DNA of 64,000 bases from an uncultured Methanosarcinaceae archaeon (GTDB taxonomy: Archaea > Halobacteriota > Methanosarcinia > Methanosarcinales > Methanosarcinaceae), in NCBI GenBank assembly GCA_963721455.1, contig CAVRJG010000046.1, positions 26,719-90,718 of the forward strand, given 5' to 3'. Made by a program: the position numbers and the translations under genes. Positions 1 to 10,650 of the stretch are shown here, in pieces (position 1 is the stretch's first letter; every line of letters starts with the position of its first letter). Below the pieces are notes generated by a model that did no database searches, had not been told where the DNA came from, and worked only from the letters and a program-made list of their open reading frames with translations.

Positions 1-195
1 CTCATACACGTCGAATACCCTGATTATGAAAGGGTATAAACGCGAAACCGTTTCTTCGGCATCGAGTTCTCCATGGCTTTTCTTATGGTTTTCTCGGTTC
101 ATTTTGGGGTTCCCGTTTCCGCAGCTTAAGATTTCATTTTCAGGTTTATCCATTTCAGGTTTTAAAACTTAATGTATCGTTTTTCGTTTTGCTGA

Positions 196-654
196 TTATT
201 TTTCAGTTTTACTGGTTCCCTGTTTGATCAGTTCAATAAATCCTTTGCTTCCGTTCACCAGAACAAGGTCTCCGTTATTTAATACTTCGTAAGGGCTCTT
301 TTCAAGCATATCTACGAGTGGGATTTCGGAAATAATGGCTCCAACTGCCACTATAGGTTCGGTTTCCAGGTTTATGATCGCTGCAGGAGCAGCTCCGTTT
401 TTTTTCAGCTGATACATTACATACGAGCCAACTGTAGAGCCTTTTCCGTGGGGAAAAATAAGAACTTTATCTTTGATCGATTTTCCCACAAGAACATGGT
501 TTTCTTCAATTATAACCCCCGTTTTCGGGTCTACACTGCCAAGGAAAGAAATGGGGTCTCTGGAGAGCAGTACTTCCCCTTTTGCACACCCTCTGGAAAT
601 TGTCCTGCCTTTTAGTTTAATAGGAACCACCTGCCGTTTTTGCTGTCCTGCCAA
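196..654 (-). CDS. Aconitase X swivel-domain protein (DUF126); likely phosphomevalonate dehydratase small subunit
   Basis: Motifs ISFLGSVDPKTG, GKGSTVGSY and GAIISEIP are typical of DUF126. Overlaps the DUF521 gene, so the true start may be slightly downstream. Confidence 0.85.
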   Translation of the reverse strand: MAGQQKRQVVPIKLKGRTISRGCAKGEVLLSRDPISFLGSVDPKTGVIIEENHVLVGKSIKDKVLIFPHGKGSTVGSYVMYQLKKNGAAPAAIINLETEPIVAVGAIISEIPLVDMLEKSPYEVLNNGDLVLVNGSKGFIELIKQGTSKTEK

Positions 655-1822
655 CTGCCTCCTCGATACAGGCCTCCATACTTCCGTAGACGGCTTCAGC
701 CCTGCACATCCCTGGCACGTAAGCGAGAGCTTTTCCCGAGTTTACCATGACGCAGGAATAATTGTTGGTAGCCGGAGAAACCACCATACAGGTGTCACAG
801 ATAACCTTAGCTCCACTTTCTTCAATAGTCCGAATCTGCTCCGGATAACGTTTTGCAAGTTCCCTTGAGGTAAAAATCCAGAACTCTTTCGAAACGGTTT
901 TTCCTTTCAGGAGTTCAGCTGCCTTTTCAAGCTCGGCTGCAGAGCAGTGAGGACATCCTATAGTTATCAATTCGGGTTCTCGGCAGGCTTTTCTCCGGCT
1001 CTCGTAAACGTCGTCAAGCTGATTTCTCTCAATAGTAATTTTCTCTGCCGGTTCTTCAAAATCCAGCCTGCAAGCTTCAGGCGTGACACCGTCCACATGG
1101 TAAAGGGCAACTGCCCCTGAAGCTGCCATTGCAGCTCCGAGAGATTTTAATTCATCTGCGTCCGGAATATTCCTGAGATGAATAAGAGGCACTCTGCTCC
1201 CTACAAGTTTGCCGGCCACATAGCCAAGTGCGCCGTAATCCGATTCCTTCAATGAGCATTCCACATCAATTGAAACCTCAGGCACACGGTTTTCGTCCAG
1301 ATGAAACCCGTAGTTTGCGGTTTTCCCGAGGAGTGCCGCAGAGAGGGCTGATGGTCCACCTTCCCGGTTTGTCCTGGCTCCGATCACGGAGTTTGCATAG
1401 GAGACGGCTGATGATTCGCTCCAGGCCAGGTGGTCCCCGTAACTGACATCAAAACCCACAAGGGTATAAGGTGTGCACGTGCACTCACAGCTAATTCCCA
1501 GCTTTTCATATGCCTGAATGATTAACTTTTGTTTTTCCGCAAAATCAGGCGAGATCCTGAGCCTTTCCCAGTCTTTCAGGTCCATTCCCGCAGGGTTCAG
1601 AATTGCAGGGACCTTGACTCTGCCCTGCAGGTCTGAGATCCATTCAAGGCCTGCATCGCCTATCGTTTTGTAAGAAACACCCGCTATCTGGGCGCTTTTG
1701 ATGGGGATAAGCCTATCTGCACCGTAAATGTCTCCAAGGGCCACCAGGATCTCAATGGCCTGCCTTAGAGTCTCCCCGGCTCCTCCATTCAAAATATTCT
1801 CTTCTTCTTTTGTGAGGTACAT
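617..1822 (-). CDS. Aconitase X catalytic subunit (DUF521); likely phosphomevalonate dehydratase large subunit
   Basis: MYLTKEEE start, CTCTPY, WSESSAVSYANSVIGARTNREG, GCPH and DTCMVV motifs. Confidence 0.88.
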   Translation of the reverse strand: MYLTKEEENILNGGAGETLRQAIEILVALGDIYGADRLIPIKSAQIAGVSYKTIGDAGLEWISDLQGRVKVPAILNPAGMDLKDWERLRISPDFAEKQKLIIQAYEKLGISCECTCTPYTLVGFDVSYGDHLAWSESSAVSYANSVIGARTNREGGPSALSAALLGKTANYGFHLDENRVPEVSIDVECSLKESDYGALGYVAGKLVGSRVPLIHLRNIPDADELKSLGAAMAASGAVALYHVDGVTPEACRLDFEEPAEKITIERNQLDDVYESRRKACREPELITIGCPHCSAAELEKAAELLKGKTVSKEFWIFTSRELAKRYPEQIRTIEESGAKVICDTCMVVSPATNNYSCVMVNSGKALAYVPGMCRAEAVYGSMEACIEEAVGRTAKTAGGSY

Positions 1823-1928
1823 GCAAATTCACTCTGTAATTGCCAGTGCTTGAAAAAATTTTTATGTCCGCGCCTGCATGCCTTCTATTAAAGAGGTTCC
1901 GACAAGCTGCCTTTATTTATCCTTTTAT

Positions 1929-3197
1929 TTATTCTTCCGGGATCACTGCCCTTTCGAAATTTTCTTTCTCTACAAGGATCTTTGTAGCATCAATTCCCAC
2001 TTTTGTGGTCGTCCCATCAGGAGCCCCTCTCGGGTCTAAGGAACTGCCGCGGACATTAGAGATAACAAGAATATCCATATCCCCTTTTACCCTGGTGGCA
2101 ATTGCAAACTCAACATCATTAGGGTCAAAAATATTTATATCTTCGTCCACAACAACCACATGCTTGAGGCTCGTATGAGCTGCAAAGGCTGCCATAATAG
2201 CGTTTTTCCCGTCTCCTTCGGTCTGTTTCTCGATCTGAACAACTGCATGAAGATAACAGCATCCCCCTTCTGTCAGCACCACGTTTTTAACAGTGGTAAC
2301 TTCCCCGACAGCCCTGTAAATCCTGGGCTCGTAAGGCACACCCATCATCAGGAGATGCTCCGGGCCAGCCGGCAAAATCCCGTGATAGATCGGGTCTTTC
2401 CTGTGGATAATTCGGGTGATATGGATAACAGGTTCTTTTCTTACCACATCGTAGGTTCCCGTAATGTCCACAAAAGGCCCTTCATCAACCTTTTCTACGG
2501 GATCAACATAACCTTCAAGCACAATCTCGGCATGAGGAACCTTTACTCCATTTGCACACTCAAAAAGTTCCACAGGGGCACCCCGCAGGGCAGCTGCATA
2601 TTCGAATTCTTTTCCTGCAGGAACCCTTGTAGAAGTCGCGTAAATAATTGTCGGATCGCAGCCGAGCACAATTGCAACAGGTAGAGGTTCGCCTTTTTCG
2701 GCGGCTTTTTTGTGCAGGAGGTAGGTATGCCTTGGAGGAACCAGGCGGGCTGCGAGTTTATCTTTTCCTGCGAGCATAAGGCGGTGAATAGAAGCGTTAA
2801 TTGTGCCTCCGTATTCGGAAACCACAATTCCTGCAGTTATATAAGGTGCTCCGTCTTTTTCAAAATGGGTGAGGATAGGGAGTTTTGTCAGGTCAACCTG
2901 ATCTTCCACGACCTCCAGGGTTGGAGACTCTGTCACCAGCCTCACTTCACCTTCAGGAGATACTTCCGAAAGCTTCTTTATAATTTCTTCTTTAGGGACT
3001 CCGAGCATGGAAGCCAGTTCATCCCTGGACCCAAGAAGGTTCATAATAACCTTTGAACCTGATATATTATGGAAGAGAACCGGGGCTTTTGCGGTTTTTG
3101 CAATTCTTGAAGCTTCGAATTTCGGGGAAACGGGTTGTGGAATTTCTACCAGTTTTCCGTTTTCTTTTAACTGGTCGATGAAATCTCTAAAATTCAT
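1929..3197 (-). CDS. UbiD-family decarboxylase; likely trans-anhydromevalonate 5-phosphate decarboxylase
   Basis: UbiD motifs EGPFVDITG, VVVVDEDI and SSLDP..KVGIDAT. Clustered with the AcnX subunits, as in the archaeal modified mevalonate pathway. Confidence 0.85.
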   Translation of the reverse strand: MNFRDFIDQLKENGKLVEIPQPVSPKFEASRIAKTAKAPVLFHNISGSKVIMNLLGSRDELASMLGVPKEEIIKKLSEVSPEGEVRLVTESPTLEVVEDQVDLTKLPILTHFEKDGAPYITAGIVVSEYGGTINASIHRLMLAGKDKLAARLVPPRHTYLLHKKAAEKGEPLPVAIVLGCDPTIIYATSTRVPAGKEFEYAAALRGAPVELFECANGVKVPHAEIVLEGYVDPVEKVDEGPFVDITGTYDVVRKEPVIHITRIIHRKDPIYHGILPAGPEHLLMMGVPYEPRIYRAVGEVTTVKNVVLTEGGCCYLHAVVQIEKQTEGDGKNAIMAAFAAHTSLKHVVVVDEDINIFDPNDVEFAIATRVKGDMDILVISNVRGSSLDPRGAPDGTTTKVGIDATKILVEKENFERAVIPEE

Positions 3198-3341
3198 GGG
3201 TATCTGAGTATCAAAAAGCTGTCAGATGATAAAAAGATTATCCGATTGCCGAACGTAAATAACTGCCGGACTCACTAATCTTATCAGTGGGCAAACAAAA
3301 CAGGATGAAACAGAGCTTTTACGCCTACAAACCCTGTCATC

Positions 3342-4409
3342 TTAACATTCATCAAGCATGAAAGCCCTGGGCCTTATGATCCTTTTCTTCTCATACTGGT
3401 CAAAGCAGTGAGCTATCCAGCCTGAAACCCTGCCGATTGCAAAGATGGATGTTGCAAGTTGAGGGGGGATATCCATATACTTGTAAATAACTGCCGAGTA
3501 GAAGTCTACGTTCGGATAAATTGGTTTTCCTTTTTTCTCTACAAGTTCACGGATAACAGTGTTTTCGATTGCTTCGGCTGTTTCGTACCAGTGCATATCC
3601 CCTTTTGCTTCTGCGAGTTGCCTGGAAAGCTGCTTGAATATCGTGCCCCTGGGGTCATAAGTCTTGTATACTCGGTGCCCGAAGCCCATGATCTTTTCTT
3701 TCTTTGCGATCTTTTCGAGGACAAATTTCTCTGCATTTTCCGGACAGGCGATTTTTTCGATCATGTTCATGACTTCTGACCTTGCCCCTCCATGCAGGGG
3801 GCCTTTAAGGGTGCAGAGCCCGGAGACAACAGCTGAGTACAGGTCTGAAAGGGTGGAAGCGGTAACTCTTGAAGAGAAAGTGGAAGCATTTAGCTCGTGT
3901 TCGGCACTGAGGATAAAGTCTTTTTCCATGACCTCAGCTTCCAGCTGACTTGGTTTGCTTCCTCTTATCATGTACAGGAAGTTAGCTCCGTGGGAGAGGG
4001 ATTTATCAGGGGGTACAGGTTCTTTTCCATTTGCCACTCTGTAGTACGAAGCAACTATGGTTGGGATCTTGGCAATTAACCGTATGGCTTTTCTCAGATT
4101 TCCTTCTGGAGAGCTGTCGTTAATGTCCGGGTCGAATTGTGATATGAAAGAAACAATTGTACGCAGCGCTTCCATAGAGTCAATATTGAAATTGCACATG
4201 CGGATAATGTCCATTACTTCTTTGTTGATTTCACGCTCCCCATGCAGGCGGGATGAATATTCGGCAAGCTCCTGATCTCCAGGGAGTTCTCCCAGGATAA
4301 GCAGATAGGATACTGCATCGTAGGGAAGCTCAACCAGCTGATTAATGTCTATTTCCCTGTATTTCAGAGTGCCCTCTAACCCGTCTATGAAACATATATT
4401 TTTACTCAT
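3342..4409 (-). CDS. gltA: Citrate synthase
   Basis: EHELNAST, GPLHGGA, IMGFGHRVYK.YDPR and YPNVDFY motifs. Confidence 0.93.
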   Translation of the reverse strand: MSKNICFIDGLEGTLKYREIDINQLVELPYDAVSYLLILGELPGDQELAEYSSRLHGEREINKEVMDIIRMCNFNIDSMEALRTIVSFISQFDPDINDSSPEGNLRKAIRLIAKIPTIVASYYRVANGKEPVPPDKSLSHGANFLYMIRGSKPSQLEAEVMEKDFILSAEHELNASTFSSRVTASTLSDLYSAVVSGLCTLKGPLHGGARSEVMNMIEKIACPENAEKFVLEKIAKKEKIMGFGHRVYKTYDPRGTIFKQLSRQLAEAKGDMHWYETAEAIENTVIRELVEKKGKPIYPNVDFYSAVIYKYMDIPPQLATSIFAIGRVSGWIAHCFDQYEKKRIIRPRAFMLDEC

Positions 4410-4827
4410 TTTCTACCTCACAGTTATGCCTCGAGGATTTTCAAAAAACTTTGAAATTTGGGGAATCCTCTGCTTATACGTGGAAGATTTAACACGAAGG
4501 GCCTTATGAGACCCAAAAATAGGGTGACAATGCACTCCTATTATCGTCGAATAAGTATATTAAATTTGTTGAAATTGTATCTCAAGATCTCTATAATTAT
4601 TTTTAAATTTTAGGGATGCCACAACTTTACATATTTTAGTTATATTATATATACTATCATATGCTATTCTTCAGAATACCGTGTTCCTCGAAATACCTGC
4701 AGCAATTAAAATAACCCTTTTTCCAGTTCGGGTAAAAGGAAAGGTTCCAAGAATAGGAAACTTTATGTAAAGCTTGCGGAACCTTTTCAAAAAGGCTTTT
4801 TCATTACATTCTGGTATTGATAACCTA

Positions 4828-7635
4828 TTATTTTTTCTTCACCGAATCCCGCAGGAACTTATGCAAAATCCCACCATTCAAGTAATACCCGATTTCCACA
4901 GCCGAATCAAGCCTTAATATTACCTGGAACTGCATTTCTCCCCCATTTTCGTCCTTTGTCCTTACTGTAAGCTCTCCGTGGGGTTCCATGTGTTCAATGC
5001 CCAGAATATCATAGCTTTCCTTTCCTGTAAAGCCGAGAGTATCGGCATTCTCTCCTTCCTTAAACTGCAGTGGAAGAACTCCCATGCCAACGAGGTTGCT
5101 TCTGTGGATACGCTCGAAAGACTCGGCAATGACTGCCTTTACTCCAAGAAGGAATGTACCTTTAGCTGCCCAGTCCCTCGAACTGCCTGTCCCGTACTCC
5201 TTTCCTGCGATAACTATCAGCGGGATATTATTTTCGGCATAAAGCATAGCTGCATCATAGATTGAAATTCCACCGCAGGATTCCGCCGGAAAGTCCTCTT
5301 TCCTGAGGTGGTATACGGTCCAGCCCCCTTCGCTGGCTACAAGCCTGTTCCTGAGCCGGATATTCCCAAAGGTCCCACGCATCATTACCTCGTGGTTACC
5401 CCTGCGAGAACCATAGGAATTGAAATCTTCAGGGTCCACACCCCAGGATATCAGGTACCTGCCTGCAGGACTATCTGACGGGATGTCACCTGCAGGAGAT
5501 ATATGGTCCGTGGTAATGCTGTCTCCGAAAAGGGCCAGGACTCTTGCATCCCTTATGCTCTCTGGCGAAGGTGGAGCAAGCGGAAAATCCACGAAATAGG
5601 GGGGTTCCTGAATGTAGGTGGACATCGGATTCCAATCATAAAGGGTGCCTGCCGGGACTTCCAGCTCTTTCCAGAGTTTGGGGCCCTCCAGAGCACCGGA
5701 ATACTCTTTTTCGAACATTGAGGGCCTAATACTGCTCTTTTCAGCTTCCTTTATCTCATCCCTCGCAGGCCAGATATCCTTAAGGTAAACAGGGCGCCCG
5801 TTGGGGTCATAAGCAAGGGGATCAGTTTCAAAGTTGATATTCACAGTACCTGCGATCGCATAGGCGACAACAAGGGGAGGAGAAGCAAGATAGTTTGCCC
5901 TGATAAGCGGATTGATCCTTCCTTCAAAATTCCGATTTCCGCTTAGCACGGCTGCAACAGTAAGGTCTTTTTCCTTAATTTCCTTTGCAACATATTCAGG
6001 TAGAGGCCCGCTATTCCCTATACAGGTCGTACAACCATAGCCAACCTGGTGGAAGCCCAGGGCTTCGAGATAGGGCAAAAGGCCTGCGACTCCCAGATAT
6101 TCCGTAGCTACTCTTGAACCCGGGGAGAGGCTTGTTTTTACAAAAGGCTTGACGTGCAGGCCCTTTTCTACAGCCTTTTTCGCAAGCAACCCGGCTCCTA
6201 TCAGGACTGAAGGGTTTGAAGTATTGGTACAGGAAGTGATGGCTGCAATCACCACAGAACCATGTGTGACCCTGAAGGCTTTTCCTGGAGATCCCACTTC
6301 TTTTGCCTCTTCCGTACCAGGGAATTCAGGCTCCCCGACCGGAGTCCCTCCTTCTCCTATCCAGCGCTGGTAAGCAGGGTCTCTGGACAGTTCAATACCA
6401 GCCTCTTTTTTCCGGATAAAGGTTTGCTGCATCGTTTCATGGAAATTCTCTGGCACTTCACTTAAAAAGAGCTGATCCTGGGGGCGTTTCGGGCCTGCAA
6501 TACAGGGCTTTACCGTGCTCATATCAAGTTCCAGAGTACTGCTGAACACAGGTTCGGGTTTGTGGATCGAATAGAGAAGGTCCTGAGCTTCCAGATACTT
6601 TTTCACAAGGTCAACCTGCTCTTCGCTCCTACCAGTTCTTCGCAGGTAGTTCAGGGTCTCGGCATCAGGTGGGAAAATTCCAAGGGTTGCCCCATACTCA
6701 GGAGCCATATTGGAGATTGTTGCCCTATCCGGAAGGCTCAGTGAGCTTAACCCGGGCCCGTAGAACTCCACGAACTTGCCGACAACTCCCTGTTTTCTCA
6801 GCATTTTTGTAATTGTCAGGACAAGGTCGGTGGCAGTTACTCCCGGTTCCAGTTTTCCGTAGAGCTTGAAACCCACAACCTGGGGCACAGGCATATAATA
6901 AGGCTGCCCGAGCATTACGGCTTCGGCTTCTATGCCTCCCACGCCCCAGCCGAGTACCCCAATCCCGTTGATCATTGTGGTATGTGAGTCAGTCCCTACA
7001 AGAGTATCCGGAAATGCATACAGCTCACCATCCTTCTCCTTAAGATGCACAAGCGGGGTCAGGTACTCAAGGTTTACCTGATGGATTATTCCTCTTCCAG
7101 GGGGCACGACTCTGAAATTGTCAAAGGCTTTCTGGGCCCAGCGCAGAACGGAATAGCGTTCCCTGTTGCGTTCAAACTCCTTTTTCTCGTTTTCCTCAAG
7201 AGCATATGAAGTCCCGTAGGAATCAACCTGAACTGAGTGGTCAATGACCAGGTCTGCAGGGATGACAGGGTTGATCTTCGTGGGGTCACCTCCCAGGCGC
7301 TGCATTGCCGAACGGAGGGCTGCCAGGTCTACTACAGCTGGAACGCCTGTAAAGTCCTGCATAATTACCCTTGACGGAATAAACGGGATATCCCTCTCAC
7401 TTATATTTTCAGGATTCCAGCGAGCAAGAGCCTCCACATCCTCGGTAGCTATTATATGCTTTTCAGTGTCCGCATGCCTGAGCAGGGATTCCAGCAGGAT
7501 CCTTATAGAGTAGGGAAGCAGGGAAATTCCCTCAAAGTCTTTTTCTTCTAGTTTGCCCAATCTGTAAATCGTAGCTTTTCCGGCAGCTGTTTCGATAATG
7601 TCTCTTACCCCAAATGGGTCCAGACCTTCTCTCAT
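4828..7635 (-). CDS. acnA: Aconitate hydratase A
   Basis: QDFTGVPAVVDLAA, DSHTTM, SCTNTSNP, GCTTCIGNSG and GSSRDWAAKG motifs; 935 aa. Confidence 0.96.
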   Translation of the reverse strand: MREGLDPFGVRDIIETAAGKATIYRLGKLEEKDFEGISLLPYSIRILLESLLRHADTEKHIIATEDVEALARWNPENISERDIPFIPSRVIMQDFTGVPAVVDLAALRSAMQRLGGDPTKINPVIPADLVIDHSVQVDSYGTSYALEENEKKEFERNRERYSVLRWAQKAFDNFRVVPPGRGIIHQVNLEYLTPLVHLKEKDGELYAFPDTLVGTDSHTTMINGIGVLGWGVGGIEAEAVMLGQPYYMPVPQVVGFKLYGKLEPGVTATDLVLTITKMLRKQGVVGKFVEFYGPGLSSLSLPDRATISNMAPEYGATLGIFPPDAETLNYLRRTGRSEEQVDLVKKYLEAQDLLYSIHKPEPVFSSTLELDMSTVKPCIAGPKRPQDQLFLSEVPENFHETMQQTFIRKKEAGIELSRDPAYQRWIGEGGTPVGEPEFPGTEEAKEVGSPGKAFRVTHGSVVIAAITSCTNTSNPSVLIGAGLLAKKAVEKGLHVKPFVKTSLSPGSRVATEYLGVAGLLPYLEALGFHQVGYGCTTCIGNSGPLPEYVAKEIKEKDLTVAAVLSGNRNFEGRINPLIRANYLASPPLVVAYAIAGTVNINFETDPLAYDPNGRPVYLKDIWPARDEIKEAEKSSIRPSMFEKEYSGALEGPKLWKELEVPAGTLYDWNPMSTYIQEPPYFVDFPLAPPSPESIRDARVLALFGDSITTDHISPAGDIPSDSPAGRYLISWGVDPEDFNSYGSRRGNHEVMMRGTFGNIRLRNRLVASEGGWTVYHLRKEDFPAESCGGISIYDAAMLYAENNIPLIVIAGKEYGTGSSRDWAAKGTFLLGVKAVIAESFERIHRSNLVGMGVLPLQFKEGENADTLGFTGKESYDILGIEHMEPHGELTVRTKDENGGEMQFQVILRLDSAVEIGYYLNGGILHKFLRDSVKKK

Positions 7636-8107
7636 ATATTTCTTACCTCCAGCAAAAAGATGAAATTAAAACTATGATATTATAGACTTTCCTTTATCCT
7701 GTGAAAGCCCCATCTTATCCTCAGACTACTTTATTCCTTCGGGTTTATTATCTCCTTTTTATATGCAGAATTTACTCGCACTGGCAGGTTTTCCTTTACC
7801 TTCCTCCGGAATCCCTGAAAATTATGCCTTAACTAAATTATATATTAACCAATATAAAAATTGTTGATTTTTACTCCACGGCTTGAGATACACTGGTTTT
7901 GAAATTTCTATTCCTTCACTACTACAGCAGGAATATCGATAAAAAGGAAAGGAAAAGGAACAGATGATTACAGCAGGGCAAATATAAAATGGTTCCAAAA
8001 GCCCTGAAGCGTCCTGAAGTTCCCGTGTTTTAAGGGGTCGAATGCGGTACCGGACTTCTATACTGTCCGGAATACCTGAAATTAAAAGAAAAAAAGCTGG
8101 AAGCTGC

Positions 8108-9505
8108 TTATTCTTCAGCAGCTCCGATTATGATTGAGTACTCAAAATTCTCGGTGTTTTCGGGAAGGATTGAAAGTGTCCATTTTCCTGCAGCCCCCGG
8201 GACGGTGTAAGTTTCCACAAAGGTTGTAGTTCCTCCCTGGTAACTTCCCTGGTTAGTAGAAGTCTCCATACCGCCCGCAATTCTTGAAGATATGTATGGA
8301 ACAGGATACGGCTGCGGATACGTATCATCTATTATGTTTATCGAGCCGCTGTATTTTGTGTTCACAGGGACAGGCGTTACCTCATTTCCTGAGGGGTCTT
8401 TCAGGCTCACATTAAAGGAAGGGGTGAGATCCCGGTTTCCTCCGGCGGTATACAGGGCGTACCCATACTGGTAGGCTTTAACCTCCACGGTGATGGGGGC
8501 GTCTGTCCCGGCGTCGAAGGCAGTCTCGTAAGGCTTTTCGAGAACCGGGAGGATGCGGAAGCTCAGGGAAACTATCCCTTCGTATTCGCGGATTCCCGGG
8601 TCATCAATATTCAGGTCAAGGCTGCCGCTGTAGCTTCCCTTTGCATCAGCCGGAACCGCAAGTGTCAGTTTTACGATAGCTGTCTGCCCGGCTTTTATTT
8701 TTTCCGGGGCTTCCACGCTTATAGCCCTGTTTCCGAAAGCCTGCTGCGGCATTCCTGCAGAGGAAGACGTGCTTTCAGCGTAAATGATGCCCCCTCCCTC
8801 AGTAAGCTCAGGGGAGAGTGCAATGTCCTTATTTCCGATATTCTTGAGTTTTATTTCATAAGTATAGTTCTTCCCGGCTTCCACCAGGTCATTGACATAA
8901 GGCGTAAGGATCTGGACTTCAGGCGGGACCCATACCTGCACGTTCAACTGCATTGTGCCCGGGAAGTTTGGATAATAACCTGCCACATCTCCTTCAGGCA
9001 CATTTTCCGTGAAAGCAATGAGTACGGCATAATTCCCAGGGTCCGCATCTTCTGGTATGCTCACCTTTACCTCAAACTCCTCTTTTTCTCCGGGCTTCAG
9101 GGCCTTTTCGGAGGGACTTATGCTGATCCAGCTCTCATTTATGAAATTTTCCGTGTAGGGAGTGATTAAAAGTTTTGGCTTCAACTCAATTGTCTTGTTG
9201 TCTTTGTTCTCAACGGTTACGGTAAAGTTTTCACTGTCTCCGGGTTCCAGTTGCAGGTACTTATAAGCCGGATCAACTCTGATTTTCTCAAATTCAGGGA
9301 AATAATCCCCGGCATAAGCTGCAGATGCGGGTACGGTGCTTGCCCCTACTTTTGCCTGTACTGCTTCTTCTTTTGCAGGCACGGCAGTATTTCCATCCCC
9401 TGCTCCTGCACAGGCAATCGAAATGATTGATATGACAAGGAGTCCGCATATGATTCCTCTTAATGTCTTTGTATCCAGTATACGCATACTTTTAACCTCG
9501 CTCAC
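8108..9505 (-). CDS. Secreted Ig-like repeat protein (COG1470-like)
   Basis: N-terminal signal peptide and two beta-rich repeats (VTVENKD..LKPGE..V.IPEDA.PG.Y). Confidence 0.6.
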   Translation of the reverse strand: MSEVKSMRILDTKTLRGIICGLLVISIISIACAGAGDGNTAVPAKEEAVQAKVGASTVPASAAYAGDYFPEFEKIRVDPAYKYLQLEPGDSENFTVTVENKDNKTIELKPKLLITPYTENFINESWISISPSEKALKPGEKEEFEVKVSIPEDADPGNYAVLIAFTENVPEGDVAGYYPNFPGTMQLNVQVWVPPEVQILTPYVNDLVEAGKNYTYEIKLKNIGNKDIALSPELTEGGGIIYAESTSSSAGMPQQAFGNRAISVEAPEKIKAGQTAIVKLTLAVPADAKGSYSGSLDLNIDDPGIREYEGIVSLSFRILPVLEKPYETAFDAGTDAPITVEVKAYQYGYALYTAGGNRDLTPSFNVSLKDPSGNEVTPVPVNTKYSGSINIIDDTYPQPYPVPYISSRIAGGMETSTNQGSYQGGTTTFVETYTVPGAAGKWTLSILPENTENFEYSIIIGAAEE

Positions 9506-9878
9506 TATTTACTAAGGAATGAAACTTATAATAGAATTGCTTAAGCTGCGAATCAATTTGCAGTTATTTCTAAAAAATAAGGACTTTAAAAGCTTTTTTT
9601 TATTTCATTTCTTTTTCAGGGGCTTAAATGCAAAAAAAGCTGATCTAATTCCTTTTTGAACCCCGGTTTTTGCCCGCCAGATGTGAAAGTTCGGACTTTA
9701 TAGTGAAAGGTAGACAGAAAAAGATATTAGATCCGAAGGTTAAACTCATTTAGGCAGTTATTATTTTATATTTAGCTGTGAATTATACTAAAGTTATCTC
9801 AGGCTGTGAATTATCCCGGTAAAGACAGCGTTTTGTTTTAACAAGAAGGTATTTTGTTTTAAGAAGGGGTGCATTTTC

Positions 9879-10610
9879 TTGCTTAAAGAGAGAGTATTCG
9901 ACACACTTTCAGATGCAGGTTTCAGGATCAGGAAGAAATCCAAATCCAGAAAGGCTTCATCACGTGAATCTCTTTTAGGGTCCAGTCCTATAGTTGATGC
10001 TGACTTTGTTGAAGTAGAAGAAGACTTTTTTCGCGACCCGGATTCCTCTTCTGAATTGAATTCCAAATCAATTGACTCCGAACTGCTGGAAAATCTCAAA
10101 GAGTACCTTAAAACGAGGTCTCAGGAAGAAATCTCTGAAATATTTGAAGAAGTTCACAAGATTCTGGAAAGCAGAGCGTCTGAAAGTAAATTCCAGGAGG
10201 CTTCTGGAGAAGAAATCCCTATTAATAAAAAGACGAAAATAAAAGATATCTCAAAGAATGCTTTTAGACTTTTTTCGGAAACTGCATCCTTTGGAAAGAA
10301 GCGGATAATAAGTGCCTCAAGAGTTGCCTCCTCTAAAGCCTCATTAATGGCATCCGAAGGAAAAGAATCAATAATGGGCTCTTCGAAAAAACTCAATGAA
10401 AAATGGAACAACCTGAGCCCCAGAGACCGTAAAATCATTTCCGAATTGATAGTTGCAATGATCGAAATAGGGCTGCTTAAGGGAGCCAGCCGGAGTAAAA
10501 AAGCAACATTTGCGATTCTGTCAAGCATATCCAGGCATCAGACACCGGGCAGAAAAGACCTGGAAGAGTTAGTAGAAGGTTTGCAGAAACTTTTCAAGCG
10601 CAGGCGTTGA
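9879..10610 (+). CDS. Hypothetical protein
   Basis: 243-aa ORF with charged, helical composition; no recognisable family. Confidence 0.55.
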   Translation: MLKERVFDTLSDAGFRIRKKSKSRKASSRESLLGSSPIVDADFVEVEEDFFRDPDSSSELNSKSIDSELLENLKEYLKTRSQEEISEIFEEVHKILESRASESKFQEASGEEIPINKKTKIKDISKNAFRLFSETASFGKKRIISASRVASSKASLMASEGKESIMGSSKKLNEKWNNLSPRDRKIISELIVAMIEIGLLKGASRSKKATFAILSSISRHQTPGRKDLEELVEGLQKLFKRRR

Positions 10611-10650
10611 ATCACGAGTGCCGGGCCGATCGGAAAAAATGTCCGGTTAT

